64,000 nucleotides of DNA from Nemertoderma westbladi. Its lineage: Eukaryota > Animalia > Xenacoelomorpha. This document shows positions 57,305 to 64,000 of this stretch, piece after piece. The notes under the pieces were generated by a model. The model had not been told where the DNA came from, made no database searches, and saw only the letters and a program-made list of their open reading frames with translations. The stretch's first letter is position 1. Each line of letters starts with the position of its first letter. The stretch spans positions 1 through 64,000 of the forward strand of contig JAUCBJ010008850.1 in assembly GCA_032718475.1 (NCBI GenBank). The letters are read 5' to 3'. The position numbers and the translations under genes were made by a program.

Positions 57305-58606
57305 CAGTCTGGTTCCCGGCTTAATTTGACATTATGTCAAATTTGACATGTGGCATGTCAAATTTGTCACTAATGTCAAAATTGCCATTTCGTTGTTTAA
57401 ATTCTAACTATACAGCTATAGGCATAGTTAAAAGACAGATGTCAAGGCAAATACGGGTAGTTGCAGTTGGTAGTTGATAGTTTATAGTACTTACTGACTT
57501 AATAGTTAAACAAATAGTTAATAGTACTTTCTTTAGTTGTATTCAGTAAAAATATAATCAGGCAATGTACAGATGTACGTGTACGAGCAATCCCTCTGTG
57601 AGCAAGTCGAGTTCGATGGAAATGCTACATATGCCTGCCTATCCCATGTGTAGCGAGAGCGACCGGGTAAAAACAGAAGCAATTGCAAAATTAACTGCGG
57701 AGCAACTGCGAGAAAAATTGATAGATGTTTTGTCTAATTGGCAGTCTGATTTCGTAGAATACTCAGAACTCCTTAAATTGTCTAAGAAAAAACAAGAACT
57801 AGTCGATTTGTACTTCCAAATCCAACAAGATATGAGCAATAGCTAAATAGGTACCATAGAAGAGGAGCCTGAAACTGATGAATAGTCTGTTCTGAATAGG
57901 CTAATTGTATTGATATTGAGTTCCGAAATTGCATGTAGATATAATATAACAATGATTTGTGTTCTTTAAATAATTTACAGATTCTTGTTTATGTTTAACA
58001 TTGTTGGACGCAATAAAATTGCATCCCTCTCCAGGGGACATTGGACACAATTATAACAGTGGATTACTCTCAAAAATTAAACTGTAACCTGTTCTATTGT
58101 GTTTAGCTGTTTAGTATATTGTTTTGGTTAAAATAATGTGCCTTTGTAACCTGCTCCTTTCCAGAAGGAATCCGTAATTAAATATCCCATTTTTCATTTC
58201 ATCAGTTGTCCAGTTTAAAATATAAAGCTATAATAATTAAAATTGATGTTGGATCAATTAAACAGATTTAATAATAAACCTTCAACATCAAATCGTCTTA
58301 TATATATATTTATACTACTGGTATAATATTGAATGTCAAATTTGGAATGTCATGTCAAATTTGAATCTTGCAGAATTTAAAACGTAATTATTTCAAAAAA
58401 TTCTTGGTGAATTTCAATTACCCCTGGTGAAAATGTTCAAATGGCAAATTAATGTCTACATATAAAAATTCAGATGCCCAATTAAATAATTGAACTCCCA
58501 AAGCACTTTTTCTCTTTTTCCATGTCAAATTTAGCATGAAATGTCAAATTTGAAAAGCAAAATGTCAAATTTGACATAATGTCAAATTAAGCCAGGAACC
58601 AGACTG
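57305..58606. mobile_element. Non-autonomous DNA transposon with 45-bp TIRs and 5-bp TSD, nested in the pogo-like element
   Basis: TIR CAGTCTGGTTCC(C/T)GGCTTAATTTGACATTATGTCAAATTTGACAT; TSD TACTC (57300-57304, 58607-58611); subterminal TGTCAAATTT repeats. Confidence 0.88.
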
Positions 58607-59829
58607 TACTCTGTCCGGAAATTGGGCACCTGCCCAAGTACCGGACAACCCAATCTTGTAAAAAAAAGTGCCCATTTGCGCCCATTAGATGGCGCTGGGC
58701 ACTCAATGTTAAGATTTTATTTTGATGTAGGATAATGTCCTGTACTGTTAGAATCATCTTTTGATTGGAATAAACTATGGTTGAGCTACAATAAAGGAAA
58801 AATCGAAATTCTGTCCGGAATTGGGGTACCCTACCCTACTGGACTATGTATAGTCATAGTATTGCACAATGCACAACGATATTATTCAGGAACTGTAATA
58901 CTACAGTCAGACAGTACCGGTACTAGAAATTTAGTTATGAGTTGAGTAGCCTATGAGAATATAAAAGAAAGAATTAAAATTATAAGAGTATGAAATTATG
59001 AATGAATGAATAATATGAACCAAAGAATTAAGAATATTGGAATATAAACTATGAATGGCTGTCTGATCCTGATGTATCCCTGAGACCTGACCTTTATACA
59101 GTTATATGGCTGTATGGTATGGCCTCATGAGTCATGAATCATGATGATACTAAGAGCTAGGCCTAATGCTGTAATAATAAATGCAGTAGTAGGAGTAGCC
59201 CTATAAAACTCAACAATCCCAGAGAAAAATCATCCAGGCATTATTTGCGGAGTTACGCCTATCTACGACTATCAAGGTAAAACGGGTCCTACGAATTACC
59301 CAAAAAAACACAATATTACACAAAAAAAAACACAAAATACACAAAAAAACACAAAAAAATACAAAAAATTACACAAAAAAACACAATTTTGCCCAAAAAA
59401 ACTACCCAAAAAAACAAAAAAAAAATGTTTTTTCATAAACAATGTATCTACAATAAGATTTAGGTTAATTGTAAGAAGAGTTTCAGTTTTCAATTTTCAC
59501 TTTTTTCAAAATATTACATTTTGTTCATTTGAAGATTCCTTTAATGACCTACTGGCTACAGCCACCGGTTTAGGTTTACCGGTAAGCCTACCCACCCATA
59601 CTGCCATACTGCCAGACAGCACACAAAATCAGATTTCTTAATTAATGGAAAGGAGCAGGTTACAGACAAGTCCCTAAAAGGCAAAATAGCGCGGGAAATT
59701 CAAATGATTGAAAACACATGTAATTTGTACTGGAAAGGGTGGCAGATCAGATCTGCCACCTATATTTTGGCGGTAAATTCAAATCTGTTTTAACATTAAA
59801 TACATGACTATAGAGTAAGACTAATAATG

Positions 59830-60722
59830 TAATTAATTGAATCAGAATACATTATTTCTTATCGGTTTAACTCACTCATCCGTTATTGTTGTCGTTTTAT
59901 CTATTCTAGGACTTCGAGCAGCACGTGGACAACTATGCTGACTGGTTAACTTGTCTGGGACTTCGAGCAGCACGTGCAACTAAGCAGACTGCTTAACTAG
60001 TCTGGGACTTCGAGCAAAATTGAGGGGGGGGGGGGGGGGGTGGGATCGGGGGATTTGGCTTAACTTCTACCCCAGTCAAATGTAAAGAACATTTATTATT
60101 TGCTTGTATTAGTTATAATTACATCAGAACATTATAATTATCAGATTATAACAATTATACTCTTATACCTAGTATATTAATAGTAGATTTCAAGTAGATA
60201 GATGATAGAAAGGCGCAGTGAATAATGATATATTTTTGGCGGTTGATTCAAATTACAGAATTATCCTAAACTGTACACAGACCCAGACTAGATAACCGCA
60301 GTCAGCTTAGTTGTTCACGTGCTGCTCGAAGTCCCATACTAGTTAACCAGTCGGCTTAGTTGTTCACGTGCTGCTCCAAGTCCCAGACTAGTTAACTGTT
60401 AACCAGGCAGCTTAGTAGTTCACGTGCTGCTCGAAGTTCCAGACCAGTCAGCTAGTTAACCAGTCAACTTAGTTTTTCACGTGCTGCTCGAAGTCCCAGA
60501 CTCATTAACCAGTCAGCTTAGTTGTTCACGTGCTGCTCGAAGTTCCAGACTAGTTAACCAGTCAACTTAGTTTTTCACGTGCTGCTCGAAGTCCCAGACT
60601 AATTAACCAGTCAGCTTAGTTGTTCACGTGCTTCTCGAAGCCCCAGAATAGATAAAACAACAACAATAACGGATGAGTGAGTTAAACCAATAAGAAATAA
60701 TTTATTCTGATTCATTGAAGTA
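59830..60722. mobile_element. Foldback-type element with long TIRs and internal CACGTG-containing ~45-bp repeats
   Basis: TGAATCAGAATA..GGTTTAACTCACTCATCCGTTATTGTTG..GGACTTCGAGCAGCACGTG (from 59838) is mirrored at ~60625-60714. About three left and eight right subrepeats. Confidence 0.8.
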
Positions 60723-61691
60723 CAGGGTGTCCCATAAAATTTGTTACTACTTTGAATTTATATAACTCCCACGTATGTTGGATAAAATATAAGTTTTCTA
60801 TATCAAATTAAAGCGAATATTCTAACTTATATTTTGGTCCATGTTTGGAGTCACAACGTTGTTATGGAAACAAAATACAGCCAATTGAATTCAAAAGCCA
60901 GATTTTATCCATTCGTAAGTGAAGCTTCGAGGCCGTTTAAATAGGTAATGCGCTATTTGGACGATACATGGTCATGAACATTGCTTGTTTGTTATGAAAG
61001 GTTAAAATTCGAGGAACGTTGGTCATAAAGTGTATTTATTTTTGGTTATTTATTTTATTACAATTTATTTTGTGCCAATATTCAACATACTAACTAATCT
61101 GACAAACAAATAAAGTATACAATCAATGCAATACTGTATGTATGCATACACACACTAGCATTAAATAATAAATAATGCCTGTGACAATATAATAAACCTG
61201 GAATAATTGTAATGTACTTGTAATGTAATTTAATCTAAGAGTTAGACTAGACACTAGAAGTTTAATGCTATTATTGTACCGGTATCTATTTGTAAATCTC
61301 TATGTGGCCACCTCCTATTACCTGCACTTTTTCTAGTCTAGTCATCATTTCTGCAAAGGATCTCTGAAGATGGGCTTTCGGTATTCCGTTGAAGGCTTCA
61401 GTAATAGCAGGACGAAGTTGGGCCAAGGATTCAATCGGTTGGCTATAAACTAAGTTCTTAATGTGGCCCCAAAAATAGAAATCGCAAGGTGTCAGGTCCG
61501 GGGAGCGTGGTGGCCAGGCCACAGCACTGGTCCATCCCTGCCAATCCAATGTCCGTTAAAATGACAGTCCAAATAATTCCTAATGATAAGCCCCCAGTGT
61601 GGCGGTGCACCATCTTGCTGGAACACAATATCGCTATGATGGATTCCTAACCGAGGAACAAAAAATGAAGATATCAAATCTAAATAACTGG
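60723..61691 (-). mobile_element. Tc1/mariner DD41D (rosa-like) transposon, 3' part
   Basis: TA + CAGGGTGTCCCATAAAA terminus; transposase remnant on the minus strand, interrupted at 61692 by an LTR. Confidence 0.8.
61286..61690 (-). pseudogene. Frameshifted DD41D transposase C-terminal half
   Basis: YLDLISSFFVPRL...FQQDGAPPH...WIGR..WPPRSPDLTPCDFYFWG...GGHIE. Removing a 5-nt insertion near 61520 gives 41 residues between the second and third catalytic Asp. Confidence 0.88.
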
Positions 61692-62242
61692 TGTGAGCGT
61701 TTTCAATTCCGCCACACCAACCCCCATAAAGTTGGCATTAAGTATTATTGGAACTACAAGGTTGATTACCATCAACCTTGTATCACCCCAATAAGCGGGG
61801 CAACAAACCCCAAAGGAGACACACACAATGGGGGTCAGAGGTTATACCTCCAGGGGAGAGAGAATAACAGTAGCGGGGGAGAAACACTCCCAGGGGGATA
61901 GGGGTAAGAAGTGAGTTATCAGCCAATAGGGGGGAAGCATTGACTGAGTAACACGGCCAAACCTAGAGTAGTATATTACCGGTCGGTGTTGCTCATTCAT
62001 TCAGTTTACCCAGTACAGTTACGGCAGTACGGTGACAGTTAAGACCGTCGCCGCCGTCATCAGTATACTTACACAATTATCTTGCTGTCTGGTGCTATCT
62101 CTGTATATATATATTATACTATCAACCGTATTACTGTATCAACAATATCGGAAGAACTTATAACAACCCTTTTCACTCACACGGCGGGGACGCGTACGTA
62201 AACAACACCGGATAAACCGGGATCCTCTCGAATCCCGTCACA
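61692..62242 (+). repeat. 5' LTR (551 bp) of a truncated LTR retrotransposon
   Basis: TGTGAGCG...CCGTCACA; homologous to solo LTR 1248-1847. Followed by a GC-rich gag-like ORF rather than a TSD. Confidence 0.82.
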
Positions 62243-62313
62243 GTCTTAACTCACAAGAGTCTTAACCTCTAAGACCTGCCGAACTGTGACTGCTAGCCAC
62301 CGACAGAGTAAAG

Positions 62314-63705
62314 ATGAGTAGAGAAGGAAAGACGACACCGTCGCGGACCCCGGACGGCGACCTAACGATCCGCGAGGCCGCGACGAGACGGTATCGACCC
62401 ACGACGCCGGATCCGTCGACTACAGACGATCCGGCAATCCAAACGGAGGGGGGCCGTCTACAACGAGAAGGGAGAGACGAGTTGAGAGAAGGGAGAGACG
62501 AGTCGGGAGGAGAGAGAGACGAGTCGACACACAGCGGCGGTCGACGTGCCGATGTCGCCGGCCAGCCACAGGCCGAGGGCGACGGACGGCCCACCGGAAC
62601 GGCAACGGTGGAGCCGCTGGTACGACGCCGGACCCGGAGAGATAGAGGAGATGTCGGCGACGAGGACGTCGGGGTCAGTGACCGGCTTCGACGAGCCTAC
62701 GCCGCGACCCGAAAGCAGTTGAGAGAGGCCAAAGGAGGGGCGAAGATAGACGAGGTGAGATTGAGGAAATGACTAGGTGAGTCGAACAGACACTTTGATT
62801 ACCTAATGCGTTTTGGGCAGGGAGAACTAGCCGACGAGAGAGCGAAAGGGGTTGCCAGCGAACTGTTTGAACTATGGGAATGTGGGGGTATGGAACCTAG
62901 CGTAGTGTACATAGGGCCATACTTAGTCGATGCCCGGGGAGTAAAATTAGTGGGTTGGAAGAGACCTGAGGAGGGCGAATCCGATCCGAATAGGATTCGG
63001 TCTCGTCAGTCGGAGGAAGTTCCGGGAGGCGGGGGAAAGTTAGCAGGACGGGAAGGCGACGGGAGTCCGTCGCGACCGATAAGTCTGCTATCCTCCGCGA
63101 AAGAAAGAAGGGTGCGGGCAATAGATCTGGCGTGCCAACTCGATCTGGCGGCGCTAGACCAGAGAGAATTAGTGAGACAGTTAGAGGAAGAGAGTGCGTT
63201 AATAGAGCAGGAGAAAGAGCTGGTTAGAGAGAACAAAGAGAGGGCCGAGAGGGCTGCGAGAAGCTTTATGGAGTGCGAGGAAATAGGGAGGATGGAAAGG
63301 AAGGAGCAAGAAGAGCGCGAGGCAGAGCGTGAGGCGGAACGTAAAGAGCGCGAGGTGAGTGCGGATAATGAGCGAAAAGAGCACGAGGCGAGACGACTGG
63401 AGAGAGTTGCGAGAGAGGCAGAGTTAGCCGATCAGAATTCACGAGAGGGTAGAGAGAGGGAGAGTGAGAGAAAACGTGTGCGGGATGGTATGCATGCCCG
63501 GCTAAAGGGGCTTATGCAGTATCAGGCGAAACAGAAACGCCGACTAGAACTGGCGCAGATGGGGCTGTCAGAGAGCAAGACTGGCTCGAGTATTTATGAG
63601 GAGCCAAGGGCTGTGGAAACATTTATTAGTACCCCACTTACAGGGACCGCAAGACAGACCCAAGACTGGTGTGACCGTACGGGTGGGGGCGGGGGGGGGG
63701 GGTAA
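62314..63705 (+). pseudogene. Gag-like N-terminal coiled-coil ORF, split by one in-frame TGA and truncated at a poly-G tract
   Basis: ORFs 62314-62772 and 62806-63705 are in the same frame, separated only by TGA 62770-62772. E/R-rich coiled coil lying 71 bp after the LTR. No diagnostic domain is reached before the truncation. Confidence 0.6.
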
Positions 63706-64000
63706 TAATAATACAGTAGATAACGTTAATATTAATAGTACCGTAGTGGATAATTCTAACCAAACTCTCATTGCAGGAAATATAGAAGTAATTGTAGTAG
63801 TAATACAGTAGTAGTAGTAAAGTAAAGTAGTAGTAAATTACTGTAGTAGTAATTTAGATTTAAATCCAAATACTTCATAGTAATATTAATCTACAAAATA
63901 ATTCAAATAATGATATTAATTCAAATTTACAAAATAATCCGAATAATTTTAATTTAAATACGCAGAATAATTCAGATAATCTTATTTCGAACGAACAAAA

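Larger units (their letters stand above)
53864..58836 (+). mobile_element. Internally deleted DNA transposon, probably pogo/Fot1-like, carrying a PHD-finger exon
   Basis: 25-bp TIRs GGGTA(A/G)GGTACCCCAATTCCGGACA with subterminal AATTCCGGACA repeats. Flanks TATTGGACTA / TACTGGACTA (9/10 match). Confidence 0.85.

Overview
AT-rich, repeat-dense eukaryotic (invertebrate-like) genomic DNA. Main contents: (1) a very young 16.6-kb BEL/Pao LTR retrotransposon (14216-30797; ACAGG TSD; 1921-bp near-identical LTRs; uninterrupted 2932-aa Gag-Pol). It is atypical in several ways: TA...TA termini, no tRNA-type PBS but an 11-nt complement inside its own LTR, a tRNA-like Pol III cassette in each LTR, an extra triple-zinc-knuckle ORF in the env position, and eight dispersed copies of one small hairpin. 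(2) A six-coding-exon class I Rab11-FIP-like host gene (C2 + FIP-RBD, minus strand, 31339-38812) with a 4.7-kb satellite in intron 2. (3) A ~1220-aa single-ORF, largely disordered protein (48419-52075, minus) ending in a PAM2 motif and an eIF4E-binding motif. (4) A solo LTR and a related truncated LTR element, a DD41D Tc1/mariner remnant, a PHD-bearing pogo-like DNA element, MITEs, Helentron-like elements, tRNA-derived sequences and several satellites. All calls come from reading the sequence by eye; no database search was run.
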